From an uncultured bacterium (GTDB lineage Bacteria; Abyssobacteria; SURF-5): DNA of 45,052 nt. Each line of letters starts with the position of its first letter. Position 1 is the first letter of the stretch. Under the pieces are notes generated by a model. The model saw nothing but the letters and a program-made list of their open reading frames with translations, was not told the origin of the DNA and searched no databases. Shown piece by piece: positions 17,009-27,437 of the stretch. The DNA lies in contig CAZSKP010000019.1 of the NCBI GenBank assembly GCA_964607485.1, positions 37,609 to 82,660 on the forward strand, in the 5' to 3' direction. The position numbers and the translations under genes were made by a program.

Positions 17009-20000
17009 GAATCACCGACACAGCAATCCGTAAGCGCACGACCGTGTTCGTGCTGCTGTTCATGATAGTCGTTTTTGGGACGTTTCACTATATTACGCTT
17101 CCCCGCGAACTAACTCCCGACATTCCCGTTCCATACATCATCGTCACGACCACTTACACGGGCGTTTCGCCGGCCGACATGGAAAACACGGTGACGGTGC
17201 CCCTCGAGAAGAAGCTGAAGGGCCTCCGTGACATGAAGGAACTCGAATCCTACTCGGCCGAAGGTGTCTCGATTATCGAGATCGAGTTTCTGCCCGATGT
17301 CAACATTGACGACGCACTCCAGAAAGTCAGGGACAAGGTTGACCAGGCGAAACCCGACCTTCCCGACGATGTCGACGAGCCAGTGGTCACAGAGGTCAGC
17401 TTCTCGGATTTTCCCATCATGATTGTCAACATATCGGGCGACCTGGGGCTGATTCGGCTCAAGGCGATTGCGGACGATCTTGAGGAGAAAATCGAGTCGA
17501 TTCCCGGTGTTCTGGATGCCGCCGTGATCGGGGGGCTTGAAAGAGAAATACGGATCGAGCCCGACCCCGACAGGCTGGCGTCCTACCAGATTCCCTTTGC
17601 CGAGTTGGTGGCATTGGTGGATAAAGAAAACGCCGACGTCGCGGCCGGCAACATCGACTTTCCCGACGCAAAATTTCAGGTTCGTGTGCCGGGCGAATTC
17701 TCCGAGCCTCAAGAAGCCCGGAACCTGATCCTCATGATGAAGAACGGCAATCCGGTGTATCTGACCGACGTGGCCCGCATCAGGGACACCTTCAAGGACC
17801 CAGAGAGTTTTTCCCGAATCAACGGACGCCAATGCGTCGCCATCAGCGTGCAGAAGCGCGCCGGCGAAAACGCACTGCGCATCGTCAATCAGATCAAGGT
17901 GATACTCAATGAGGCCAGGAAGACGCTCCCCGCAGGCGCCGAGATCACCGTCACAACGGACACGTCCAAATGGATACGGATAATGTTGTCCGACCTCGAG
18001 AACAATATTCTGTCGGGACTGGTGCTGGTGCTCGCGATCATATTTGTCTCTATGGGATTTGTAAACGCAATATTCGTCGCACTGGCCATTCCCCTCTCCA
18101 TGCTCATTTCCTTCACGACGCTGCGGGTGGTGGAAATAACGCTGAGCAACGTGGTTCTGTTCGGCCTGATCCTCTCCCTCGGGATGCTTGTGGACAACGC
18201 GATTGTCATAGTGGAGAACATCTACCGTCACATGCAGGAGGGCAAAGACCGGCTGACGGCGGCGCGGGAGGGAACCGCCGAGGTTTCGTGGCCGGTCATC
18301 ACCTCAACGCTTACCACCATCTGCGCTTTCTTGCCCATGCTGTTCTGGCCGGATATCATTGGGGAGTTCATGAGCTATTTGCCCAAGACCGTCATCATCA
18401 CGCTCACGGCCTCCCTGTTTGTAGCGATGATTATCAACCCCGCGCTCTGTTCGCGGCTGATGAAAGTCAGGGAGTTTCGTGACATCAGAAAGGCGAAGAG
18501 GAAAAACCGCTTTCTAAATCGCTACGAACAATTCCTCAAACTCTCTCTCGATCACTCGGGCGTTGCGCTGCTTTGCTGCGGGCTCGTGCTCGTGGCCACA
18601 GTTGTCGCGTATGCGAAATTCGGCCACGGCGTCGAATTTTTCCCTAAGTCGGACCCGGACAGCGCGATGATTTACATCCGAGCGCCGGAGGGTACCAGCC
18701 TCGACAAGACGGATGAAATCACACGAACAATTGAACAAAAGCTGAAAAAATACGAAGATATCGAAAGCTATGTCGCCAATGTGGGCACGAGGCCGGGAGG
18801 ATTTTTCGGCGGCAGCTCATCCGGCTCCCACGTGGCGCGCATTTCGATCGAATTCAAAGAGATGGAACAGCGCAAACACCCCTCTCGATGGGTCCTGCAA
18901 CAGATTCGCCAGGACGTCGCCGGACTGCCCGGAGCCGAGATAGAGGTGGAGGAGGAGGATAAAGGCCCTCCGCAGGAACCCCCGATCAACATCGAGATCT
19001 CCGGCGAGGATTTCGACATTCTGGCCCGTGTGACCAAAGACGTTAAGAAACGAATCGAAAGCGTTCCCGGCATTGTGGACCTGAAGGATGATTACGAGCA
19101 TGCGCGGCCGGAGCTACGTTTCCGCGTCGACCGCAGACGCGCCGCGTTGCTCAATGTCAGCACGGTCATGGTGGCCAACTTCATAAAGGCAGCTGTGCTG
19201 GGCCGAAAGGTGGGCACTTTTCGGCAGGGTGAGGACGAATACGACATCACCCTCCGCCTCCGGCCCGAAGATCGCGACGATTTGAGGAAGATATTACGGC
19301 TCAATGTGCCTGGACCGGGAGGAGAACCGATTCCGCTGTCCTCGCTTGCGCGGATGGAATACGCCAGCGGACTCGGCTCGATTACGCGCAAGGACCAGAA
19401 AAGGGTGATTACGGTTCAGTCGGAGGTGGAGGGGAGGCTGCCGAACGATGCGCTGGCGGAAGTAAAGCAGCGGTTGGCAGGTTACCATCCTCCGGCCGGT
19501 TACACCATCGCGTTTACCGGCCAGGACGAGGAACAGAAGGAGTCGAGCGACTTTCTCATCAAGGCGTTTATCGTGGCGCTGTTTCTCATCTCGCTCGTGC
19601 TCATCACGCTATTCAACTCGGTCGCCCTGCCTGCAATTATCATGGTCTCGGTGATTCTTTCGCTCATAGGAGTGTTGATCGGTCTGCTCGTTGCCGGAAT
19701 GCCGTTCGGAATCATCATGACCGGCATCGGGGTCATAAGCCTGGCTGGCGTCGTTGTGAACAATGCCATTGTGCTCATCGACTACATCCAGTTGCTCCGC
19801 CAGAGGGGGCTGGCCCGACGCGAGGCGCTTGTGCAGGCCGGCCTCGTGAGGCTGAGGCCGGTGATGCTCACCGCAATCACGACGATACTCGGCCTCATAC
19901 CGATGGCGACGGGTTACAGCTTCAACTTCCGCGAGTTGCGCTTCGTCGTTGGCAGCTCGAGCAGCCAGTGGTGGGGTCCAATGGCGGTTGCCGTCATATT

Positions 20001-20124
20001 CGGCCTCGCCTTCGCGACGCTGCTCACGCTCGTCGTCGTACCGACGATGTACGAGCTGATCGACTCCGTAGCGGAAAAAATGCGCGTCAAGGCAACGGCC
20101 CCGGCAAGTGCCGCCGTCGAATAG
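17005..20124 (+). CDS. RND efflux permease (AcrB/AcrD/AcrF family)
   Basis: 1039 aa; LGMLVDNAIVIVENIYRH, GVVVNNAIVLID, RLRPVMLTAITTILGLIPM; ATGA overlap with the adaptor gene. Confidence 0.93.
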   Translation: MRITDTAIRKRTTVFVLLFMIVVFGTFHYITLPRELTPDIPVPYIIVTTTYTGVSPADMENTVTVPLEKKLKGLRDMKELESYSAEGVSIIEIEFLPDVNIDDALQKVRDKVDQAKPDLPDDVDEPVVTEVSFSDFPIMIVNISGDLGLIRLKAIADDLEEKIESIPGVLDAAVIGGLEREIRIEPDPDRLASYQIPFAELVALVDKENADVAAGNIDFPDAKFQVRVPGEFSEPQEARNLILMMKNGNPVYLTDVARIRDTFKDPESFSRINGRQCVAISVQKRAGENALRIVNQIKVILNEARKTLPAGAEITVTTDTSKWIRIMLSDLENNILSGLVLVLAIIFVSMGFVNAIFVALAIPLSMLISFTTLRVVEITLSNVVLFGLILSLGMLVDNAIVIVENIYRHMQEGKDRLTAAREGTAEVSWPVITSTLTTICAFLPMLFWPDIIGEFMSYLPKTVIITLTASLFVAMIINPALCSRLMKVREFRDIRKAKRKNRFLNRYEQFLKLSLDHSGVALLCCGLVLVATVVAYAKFGHGVEFFPKSDPDSAMIYIRAPEGTSLDKTDEITRTIEQKLKKYEDIESYVANVGTRPGGFFGGSSSGSHVARISIEFKEMEQRKHPSRWVLQQIRQDVAGLPGAEIEVEEEDKGPPQEPPINIEISGEDFDILARVTKDVKKRIESVPGIVDLKDDYEHARPELRFRVDRRRAALLNVSTVMVANFIKAAVLGRKVGTFRQGEDEYDITLRLRPEDRDDLRKILRLNVPGPGGEPIPLSSLARMEYASGLGSITRKDQKRVITVQSEVEGRLPNDALAEVKQRLAGYHPPAGYTIAFTGQDEEQKESSDFLIKAFIVALFLISLVLITLFNSVALPAIIMVSVILSLIGVLIGLLVAGMPFGIIMTGIGVISLAGVVVNNAIVLIDYIQLLRQRGLARREALVQAGLVRLRPVMLTAITTILGLIPMATGYSFNFRELRFVVGSSSSQWWGPMAVAVIFGLAFATLLTLVVVPTMYELIDSVAEKMRVKATAPASAAVE

Positions 20125-20400
20125 CCGGTTCGCCGGATATGGCGATTGCGGAAACTCGCGTCGCGCAATCCTATCCTCTGCATAATCCCCACGATAGTCA
20201 TTCCCGAGAGGTTTTGAAAACACTTTCCCCTATCGGTCAACAATTTGGCGAACGGTGTGCCGCTGTTTGGAAGATCAAAGGTTTCTCGTTCAAAATTGTG
20301 CAAGAAAAGGCTGGTCCCGGAGTTGGAACGACCATATATAAAACCTGACATCGCAATTGCTTATGACAAATCGGAGTCCACATGACCGAAATTGGCAGGT

Positions 20401-20417
20401 TCGGCATAAAAAATGCC
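20401..20417 (+). promoter_or_regulatory. Possible sigma54 -24/-12 site upstream of the hybrid kinase
   Basis: TCGGCATAAAAAATGC has GG-N10-GC spacing. It is also a short palindrome, so it could instead be a regulator site. Confidence 0.3.
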
Positions 20418-20514
20418 CTCACTTCTCATTTTGTAAGAAATTCTCTGGCCATCTATCGGGCGCCCGGACACGGGCTTCGACGCTTGAGAGTGTCCGGTCT
20501 GGCCACGGGGGCTC

Positions 20515-22914
20515 ATGATGAGCGACTCGAGAAAAACCAAGACTGAGCTGCTCTGCGAATTGGAGAAGTTACGCGGCCGTCTGGCGGACTTCGAAAAATC
20601 TGAAATCGAGCTCAGACGAACCAAGGATGCTCTGAAGAAATCCGAAGATCGCTACCGGACGCTCGTCGACAACTCGCTCACCGGCATCTACCTCATTCAA
20701 GGCAATCATTTACGTTTTGCCAACAAGCGGACGGTCGAAATGTTTGGGTACACACTCGAAGAACTGCTCCAGATGCCGGCCATAAACCTCACACACCCCG
20801 ACGACAGGAAACTTGTTCGAGAAATCGTAGCGCGGCGCTTGGCGGGAGAAGACCCGAAGGAGCATTATCAGTGTCGAGCGCTCACCAAGAATGGAGAGAC
20901 CCTGTGGCTCGAGACGTTCGGGACGCCGGTTGATTATCAAGGCAAACCTGCACTGCTGGTCAACGTGATTGACATCACGGACCGTAAACGCGCCGACGAG
21001 CAGATTCGACGTTCTGAAGACAAATATCGCACGTTGCTCGACAGCATTGAGATCGGGTTTTACGAGACAGATCTTGCCGGCAATTTTTTATCATTCAGCG
21101 GTTCAATAAGCAGTTTCCTGGGTTATTCGGAGACGGAGCTGTTGGGGATGAATTTCCGCCAATACGTTGACGAAGCGAATGCCGGGACAATATTCGGGGC
21201 GTTCAATACCGTCTATAGAACCGGGCGGGCGGACAAGGGGTTTGTCTGCGACACAATCTCAAAAGATGGCAGCAAGAGACCCGTTGAGTTCAGCGTTTCC
21301 CTCATGTGCGACGCTGCCGGCAAGCCCATCGGCTTCCGGGGAGTCGCCCGCGACATCACGGATCGCAGGCAGGCAGAAGAGTTGCTCCGAGCGTCGGAGG
21401 AGAAATACCGTACACTCTTCGAAGAATCAAAGGATGTTATCTACATCACCGCGCCCGATGGACAAGTGCTGGACATCAACCCCGCGGGTGTACGCTTGTT
21501 CGGCGCTTCCTCCAAAGAAGAGTTGTTGAAACTCAACGTCGCCACGGACATCTATGCAAACCCCGCCGACCGGGAAAAGCTCATGAGAGCAATCGCCGAA
21601 CAGGGGTTTGTCAATGAATATGAACTCGTATTAAAGGTAAAAGACGGACGACTGTTGACTTTCCTTGTGACGGCCAACGCAATGCGTGATGAAGAAGGAA
21701 ACATCACGGCGTATCGGGGAATCATGCGGGATGTGACCGAGCGAAAACAGCTCGAGCAACAGCTTTCCCAAGCCCAGAGGATGGAGAGCATCGGCACGTT
21801 GGCCGGAGGCATCGCTCATGATTTCAACAATCTTCTGGGAGGAATTCTGGGATATGCTTCCTTCATGAAGACAAAAATCTCGAAAGGCCATTCGTTCTTC
21901 AACTACGTCGACACCATCGAAAGAAGCGCGATGCGGGCCGCCGAGCTGACCGCCCAACTTCTCGCATTTGCACGGGGCGGAAAATACGAGCCCAATCCTG
22001 TCGATATGAACGACATTGTCGATGAAACCCTGAAGATCATTGACAGAACCTTCGACAAGTCTATTGAAATCGAAGCCCGCCAGAATTCATCATCTCCAGC
22101 CGTCGAGGCTGACGCCGGACAGATACAGCAAGTGTTGATGAACCTGTGCGTGAACGCTCGAGACGCCATGCCCGCCGGGGGAAAGCTGATACTCGAGACC
22201 GACGTTGCGAACCTTACGGAAGAGTATGTCAAGACTCACGCGGGCGCAAACATGGGAACGCACGTGGTGCTGTCGGTGACCGACACTGGGATCGGCATGG
22301 ACAGGGACACGATGCAAAGAATTTTCGAACCCTTTTTCACCACCAAGGGAAAAGGGGAAGGCACGGGACTGGGACTTTCGATGGTTTACGGCGTCGTCAA
22401 GAATCACGGAGGCCATGTGCGTGTTTACAGCGAGCCGGGCGAAGGAACGACGTTCAAGGTCTACCTTCCGGTCAGCGATAAGACAGAAGTGAAGGGACTG
22501 TCAGACATCGAAACACCGTCCACAGGGAACGAACTCATCCTTGTCGTGGACGACGAAGAATCGATACGGGATGTTGCGAAAGATATCCTTGAGACTTACG
22601 GCTATCGCGTAGTATTGGCCCAAAACGGAGTGGAGGCGCTTGAGGTCTACAAAGAGCGGCAGGACGAAATAGGCCTCGTGATACTCGACATGGTCATGCC
22701 AAAAATGGGCGGGCGCGAGACCTTTCAGGAGTTGAAGAAGCTCAACCCGGAAGTGAGGACAGTGCTTTCGACCGGGTACAGTCAAAACGCGAAGGCCAAA
22801 GAAATACTGGACAACGGCGCCATGGGATTTGTCCAAAAGCCCTATTTGGTCAACGCGCTGCTCTCAAAAGTGAGAAGTGCGCTCGACGCAAGCATGCGGG
22901 CCCATAAGAGTTAG
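20515..22914 (+). CDS. Hybrid sensor histidine kinase: three PAS domains, HisKA, HATPase, receiver
   Basis: Three PAS/PAC repeats ending D(I/V)T(D/E)R; H-box GGIAHDFNNLL; NLCVNARDAMP; FEPFFTTK; GTGLGL; receiver VVDDE..DMVMPKMGG. Confidence 0.93.
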   Translation: MMSDSRKTKTELLCELEKLRGRLADFEKSEIELRRTKDALKKSEDRYRTLVDNSLTGIYLIQGNHLRFANKRTVEMFGYTLEELLQMPAINLTHPDDRKLVREIVARRLAGEDPKEHYQCRALTKNGETLWLETFGTPVDYQGKPALLVNVIDITDRKRADEQIRRSEDKYRTLLDSIEIGFYETDLAGNFLSFSGSISSFLGYSETELLGMNFRQYVDEANAGTIFGAFNTVYRTGRADKGFVCDTISKDGSKRPVEFSVSLMCDAAGKPIGFRGVARDITDRRQAEELLRASEEKYRTLFEESKDVIYITAPDGQVLDINPAGVRLFGASSKEELLKLNVATDIYANPADREKLMRAIAEQGFVNEYELVLKVKDGRLLTFLVTANAMRDEEGNITAYRGIMRDVTERKQLEQQLSQAQRMESIGTLAGGIAHDFNNLLGGILGYASFMKTKISKGHSFFNYVDTIERSAMRAAELTAQLLAFARGGKYEPNPVDMNDIVDETLKIIDRTFDKSIEIEARQNSSSPAVEADAGQIQQVLMNLCVNARDAMPAGGKLILETDVANLTEEYVKTHAGANMGTHVVLSVTDTGIGMDRDTMQRIFEPFFTTKGKGEGTGLGLSMVYGVVKNHGGHVRVYSEPGEGTTFKVYLPVSDKTEVKGLSDIETPSTGNELILVVDDEESIRDVAKDILETYGYRVVLAQNGVEALEVYKERQDEIGLVILDMVMPKMGGRETFQELKKLNPEVRTVLSTGYSQNAKAKEILDNGAMGFVQKPYLVNALLSKVRSALDASMRAHKS

Positions 22915-23091
22915 CGAGCGAGTGTGTCAGCGGAACCGTTTCCCTCACATCAGATTCTCCGCCGCGCTCAGAACGATGATTGATATGTGCCCCAGGCGGT
23001 AAGCGCGTCTCCGGCCCAAGATCTTCCCGCATATCCCCGCTGTCGCGATGCAGGAAATCTCTTTCGCACTCTCACATGCCCGACGCCTGTC

Positions 23092-24153
23092 TCATCGTAC
23101 GTATGCATAGATGGGAACTTCGACGAGATTTTCGGCAGGGTCGTTCGTTTTTATGAGAAGCTTCCCCGAGAATGCGCCAATGGGAGGTTTCGCCGTGAGG
23201 GCGACCCTCACCTCATAGCCGTTATTGGCGGCGTCGTTGGTGAATGTTACTGCAATGATGGGATTAGTGGACTCCACCTCGGTTATCTTGAAGTCTTCCT
23301 TGTCGGTTGCATACACATGAATCGTCCGATTTGGGAGGACGTCGTCTTTCACAACTCCCAGGGAAATGGTATCGGGAACCACACGTACCGAACCCACGAC
23401 TTTCCCCCGCAGCCCTACCTCCAGCCTCGGATGGAGAGCATTGTCGGTCACAATCGTCAATGTCTCGTTGAAGTTGCCTACCGGCAGATCTCCGTTGTAT
23501 ACGAGCTCGATGTCATAGCCGGGAAACTCGACATCCGCCTTAGGCTGTACCGAAACACTGAAGGCCGGAGAAGAAAGCTTCAACTCTTTGATGTTCAACT
23601 CGAGGTCCGGCTGATACAAGAGCTCGACCGTCCGCGCCGACGCCTTGTTCCTCTCAGCAACCCAGTACAACATTCGCGGCTTGACCTCGACCGGCACAAC
23701 AACCTTCGCGGTGATGTGAAGCTGCGATTCGGTCTCTCGAGGGTCATTTGAGTAAACAAAGATCGATTTCTTCTTTTTGCCACCCGAGAATCCTGAGCTG
23801 AAGCTTACCTCGATATCGCCCTCTTCTCCCGGCGGAATCTCCTTCTTCGAGAGCAGGGTGCCGGTACAGCCGCAGGTGGTCTTGATGTTTTCAATGACGA
23901 GCGTAGCGTCGCCCTCGTTTTTGAACTTGAAGGTGTGCTTGACCGTTTGTTGTTGACCCACGACGCCAAAGTCATGCTCTGTCTCCTCGAAGACTATATG
24001 CGACATCCCCTTGTTTTCTTCTCCGCCGGCAGTCTCAGAAAAGGCGGGAGCGCCGTTCAACGAGACAAACAGAGCCAGGGCTATTCCAAATGCTATCAAA
24101 GAAGATACAACAGCTTTCCTCATGTGCCGATTCCCCTTTACTCTCTCAGTCAT
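23092..24153 (-). CDS. Secreted DUF1573-domain (Ig-like) protein
   Basis: Signal peptide; HDFG..V.HTFKFKNEG..LVI..IKTTCGCT..IPPGEEG..SND motif. Confidence 0.75.
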   Translation of the reverse strand: MTERVKGNRHMRKAVVSSLIAFGIALALFVSLNGAPAFSETAGGEENKGMSHIVFEETEHDFGVVGQQQTVKHTFKFKNEGDATLVIENIKTTCGCTGTLLSKKEIPPGEEGDIEVSFSSGFSGGKKKKSIFVYSNDPRETESQLHITAKVVVPVEVKPRMLYWVAERNKASARTVELLYQPDLELNIKELKLSSPAFSVSVQPKADVEFPGYDIELVYNGDLPVGNFNETLTIVTDNALHPRLEVGLRGKVVGSVRVVPDTISLGVVKDDVLPNRTIHVYATDKEDFKITEVESTNPIIAVTFTNDAANNGYEVRVALTAKPPIGAFSGKLLIKTNDPAENLVEVPIYAYVR

Positions 24154-24925
24154 TGATGCGGATTCGATTGCTCAGGCTCTGCCTCTGCCGCTCGGCCACG
24201 AACCGCAGAATTCTGTCCACGCTTCGCTTGTATTCAACGTCGGAGTCCAATTCCGTGAACTGCACCCCGAAGAAGACCTCACGCAGCTCCGGCCTGCGAA
24301 GGCTGAAGCAGATTCGGCCGAGCACTTTGATCTGCTCCTCCTCGGCGGGAAGCCGGAATGAGAGCGACAGGCGGGTGCCCACGCCGAGCAGCAGGCTTCT
24401 CCCCTCGGGTATGCGAAAACCCAGCCCACCCCCTCCGAGGTCGGTCAAAAATCCCTTCTCGCGCGAACGAATCCTGCGCGGGCCTTCTTTTTTCTCGGTC
24501 AGGACACCCAAATTGAGTTCTATCGGCGGCGTGTCGGCGACGAATATTCTATAGAAGCTTCTCTTTTCTCCCGATGAGATTTCCTCGGGGACGAGGAGCT
24601 CCAGCGACGGCACAGTGACCGTGGGACTCAGCCTGAACTTGCTGCGTCCCAGGATGTGGCTCTCGAACGAACGGTTCCGACCGTTGTACGAAAATACCAC
24701 CTTCACCCTTCGGTCCGGACGCAGCGGCACCACACTGCCCTTCGATGTGGGCGCTTCGACGAGCAAGACCGGCTTCTTAGGGTTCTCACCGAAGCTGAGG
24801 AAACGACTCCTGTACTCCGCCTTCGACCTATCCCCTATTATGCGCAAGTCGAGGGGCAGATTCAGAGCGCACGCGCCCGAAAGAACCTCCACAACCTCCG
24901 TCATTTTCCCCTTCACCGATTCCAT
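24146..24925 (-). CDS. PilZ-domain c-di-GMP receptor (YcgR-like)
   Basis: EKRSFYR (RxxxR) and DLGGGG (DxSxxG-like) motifs, FGVQF, N-terminal YcgR-like domain. Confidence 0.75.
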   Translation of the reverse strand: MESVKGKMTEVVEVLSGACALNLPLDLRIIGDRSKAEYRSRFLSFGENPKKPVLLVEAPTSKGSVVPLRPDRRVKVVFSYNGRNRSFESHILGRSKFRLSPTVTVPSLELLVPEEISSGEKRSFYRIFVADTPPIELNLGVLTEKKEGPRRIRSREKGFLTDLGGGGLGFRIPEGRSLLLGVGTRLSLSFRLPAEEEQIKVLGRICFSLRRPELREVFFGVQFTELDSDVEYKRSVDRILRFVAERQRQSLSNRIRIND

Positions 24926-24951
24926 AGGATTTCATCTGATTTGTTCACCTA

Positions 24952-24980
24952 ATTATATCCATTTTGGCCGTAATGTTCAA
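24952..24980 (-). promoter_or_regulatory. sigma70-type promoter for the PilZ-DUF1573 pair
   Basis: Minus strand TTGAAC-17 nt-TATAAT. Confidence 0.55.
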
Positions 24981-25109
24981 GGTCGGTGGACGAGGAAATT
25001 TCACGCCTCTTCTGTGGCTGATTGCGGCAAAGAGAGAAACGACTTGGCCATATGACGTGTATGATCGGTAGAAAGAGAGACTCGACGAACCGGAGCCGGC
25101 AGGGTTTTC

Positions 25110-26132
25110 CTAAAAGACGGTCCCTATCTTCGCGAGAGTTTGCTCCATCTGCGAGAGCAGTGTCATCCACGTGATGTTGTAGTATATCGGGCTCAGGAAA
25201 TCGGTGTATCCATAGTCGCAAATCTTCTCGACCATATTTTCGACCGATTCCTTCACGGGCACGGCGGGCTTGAAGCCGAGGACGGTCTCTATCTTCTGAG
25301 CGGAAACCCTGTAGCTGCGGGTCTTGAAGTGCGAGTAATCGACCTCTATCTCGAGCTGCATCCTGTCTTTCAGCGCCTCGCGCACCCAATGGGCGAGCTC
25401 GAGAATGCGATAATTCTTGAACGACAGATTGAAAATCTGGCCCCTGACTTTTTCCTCGGGCGCCTCGACGCAGCAGATCTGGGCCTTGGCGGCATCGGAC
25501 ACATCAACCAGCGGGCGCCACATCTCGCCTCCGCAAAACACCGAAAGCGCGCCTTTCGTCAGGGCGTCTTTCACGAATGTGTTGACAACCAGGTCGTACC
25601 GCATGCGCGGGCTGAACCCATACAACGTCCCCTGACGAAGAATGACGGGACAGAAATTGTCGTCGCAGAGGTCCAGCAGTATCCTCTCCGCCTCGTAGTT
25701 CGACACGGCATACGCCGCGCGGGGCGCAACCTCGCTGTCTTCGCTGTAGAGAATGTCCTCGGCATACAGGCCGCGGTCGTAAATCGAACACGTCGAGGCG
25801 AACACGAACCGCTTGATTCCCCGCTCTTTGCAGGCTCTTGCGAGAGCTCCCGTGGCCACCGTGTTCATCTCGTGATTCGCTTTGGGATTGAACTCGGCCG
25901 TAGGGTCGTTGGAGAGTCCGGCCAGATGGATAACCGAATCCACCCCGTCGAGCACCTTCGGATCGGGATTTCTCACGTCGCCCTGAACGAGGTCGATCTT
26001 GTCGCGACAACTTTCGAGCGCCTTTTCGCCGAAGTAGAGCTTGTCGAAAACCCTCACCGCCTCGCCTTTGGCGAGAAGCTCCGCAACAAGCACGCTGCCT
26101 ATGTATCCCGCGCCACCCGTGACCAGGATCAT
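25110..26132 (-). CDS. NAD-dependent epimerase/dehydratase (extended SDR)
   Basis: TGGAGYIG, IHLAGLSNDP, ASTCSIY, SPRMRYDLVVN. The YxxxK motif reads YAVSN. Confidence 0.88.
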   Translation of the reverse strand: MILVTGGAGYIGSVLVAELLAKGEAVRVFDKLYFGEKALESCRDKIDLVQGDVRNPDPKVLDGVDSVIHLAGLSNDPTAEFNPKANHEMNTVATGALARACKERGIKRFVFASTCSIYDRGLYAEDILYSEDSEVAPRAAYAVSNYEAERILLDLCDDNFCPVILRQGTLYGFSPRMRYDLVVNTFVKDALTKGALSVFCGGEMWRPLVDVSDAAKAQICCVEAPEEKVRGQIFNLSFKNYRILELAHWVREALKDRMQLEIEVDYSHFKTRSYRVSAQKIETVLGFKPAVPVKESVENMVEKICDYGYTDFLSPIYYNITWMTLLSQMEQTLAKIGTVF

Positions 26133-26153
26133 GCGTCTATCCTCTCCCCTTGC

Positions 26154-26603
26154 CTATCTTCCCCGTATCTCCCACCTATAACCGAATGAGTCGGGCGGAA
26201 CCCGCACCTCGTCGGGTTTCTCCCGGTTGTACACCTCGCTCGCCGTGCTTATCATCTGGGTGTCGTCCTCGAGCGACACCCACCCGTGAAACACTCCCGG
26301 CGGCACAACCAGAAGGGACGGATTTCTCTGGGTGATAACGTGCGTTTCCATCTGCTCATACGTCGGGCTGTCGGGTCGGTCATCCCTCAATGCGAACTTG
26401 GCTGAGCCGTGGCTTATGAAAAACCAATCCCAGAGCACCTCGTGCTTGTGAAAGGCCCGAATAACGCCCCGAGCCATGTTGCCTACGAGATAGACCTGCC
26501 CGAACTTCGTGAAATGTTCGTCGGTCGCTCTCAGGATTTCTATCAGGTAACCACGGTCATCCACGTGCGCCACAAGCTTGACGAGCTTGACTCCCTCGAT
26601 CAT
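26154..26603 (-). CDS. dTDP-4-dehydrorhamnose 3,5-epimerase family cupin (RmlC-like)
   Basis: DDRGYL, FGQVY, GVIRAFHKH, DDRPDSPT, VPPGVFHG. Confidence 0.85.
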   Translation of the reverse strand: MIEGVKLVKLVAHVDDRGYLIEILRATDEHFTKFGQVYLVGNMARGVIRAFHKHEVLWDWFFISHGSAKFALRDDRPDSPTYEQMETHVITQRNPSLLVVPPGVFHGWVSLEDDTQMISTASEVYNREKPDEVRVPPDSFGYRWEIRGR

Positions 26604-26751
26604 TTATTCCCTTTCCGACGGATGCCCGATGTCCAGTTTGCTCAGGAGAATTACTTATCATATTAACGGAGGCAAAGTCAACACTGCGAGAGGCGTTCAA
26701 GGCCGTGGCTTCCAAGGAAGGATTCGTAAAGCAACGGGCTGCCAGCCTGCA

Positions 26752-27420
26752 CTATTCCACCTTTCGGAGCATGGCAACCATTTTGAGGGCCTCCTTCAAC
26801 GCGTTCGATGCGCTGTCGGCTGTGCCATCGGCGCCGAATTTGTGCACGATTTCATCCGTAACGGGCGCACCGCCTATCATGATCTTCACGTTGGGATTCT
26901 TCTCGCGAATCATCCTTATGACCCGCTCCATGCCGAGCATCGACGTGGTCATCATGGCCGAGAGGCAAACCAACTCGGCGTTCGTCTTGAGCTGCTCCTC
27001 GACAAACCTTTCGAGCTCGACATCTTTGCCAAGGTCGTGCACTTCGAAGCCGGCCACCTCGAACATCATCTTCACGAGATTTTTCCCTATGTCGTGAACG
27101 TCGCCCTGAACCGTCCCGATGACGACCACGCCCTTGGTCTTCGCGCGGTCCTCGATTTTCACATGGGGCCTGAGGATTCCAAGACCCGCGTAAAGCGCGT
27201 CGGCGCACAGGAGGAGTTCGGACACAAAATACTCTTCCTCCTCCCAAAGCCGGCCCGCCTCATCCATCCCCTTTGCAAGCCCGTTCATGATGGCGTCGTA
27301 CGCGTCCAACCCAAGTTCGAGCACCTCGTTCGCCGCCGTCATGACCTCCTCTTCATTGAAGTTCAGGACACCGTCGGCGAGTCTCTTCAGCAGTTCCTCT
27401 CTCTTCGCCTCATCCGCCAT
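26752..27420 (-). CDS. Methyltransferase-cognate corrinoid protein (MtaC/MttC-like)
   Basis: B12-binding motif GDVHDIGKNLV, LSAMMTTS, IGGAP; N-terminal cap EYFVSELLLCADA. Confidence 0.93.
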   Translation of the reverse strand: MADEAKREELLKRLADGVLNFNEEEVMTAANEVLELGLDAYDAIMNGLAKGMDEAGRLWEEEEYFVSELLLCADALYAGLGILRPHVKIEDRAKTKGVVVIGTVQGDVHDIGKNLVKMMFEVAGFEVHDLGKDVELERFVEEQLKTNAELVCLSAMMTTSMLGMERVIRMIREKNPNVKIMIGGAPVTDEIVHKFGADGTADSASNALKEALKMVAMLRKVE

Positions 27421-27437
27421 TGGTCAGCCTCTCGTTT

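Noticed and set aside
23864-23880. Possible selenoprotein at the DUF1573 TTCGCT motif, given the nearby selC
   Set aside because: Both codons are Cys (TGC, TGT). I saw no recognised gene in the window split by an in-frame TGA, though this was not an exhaustive search.
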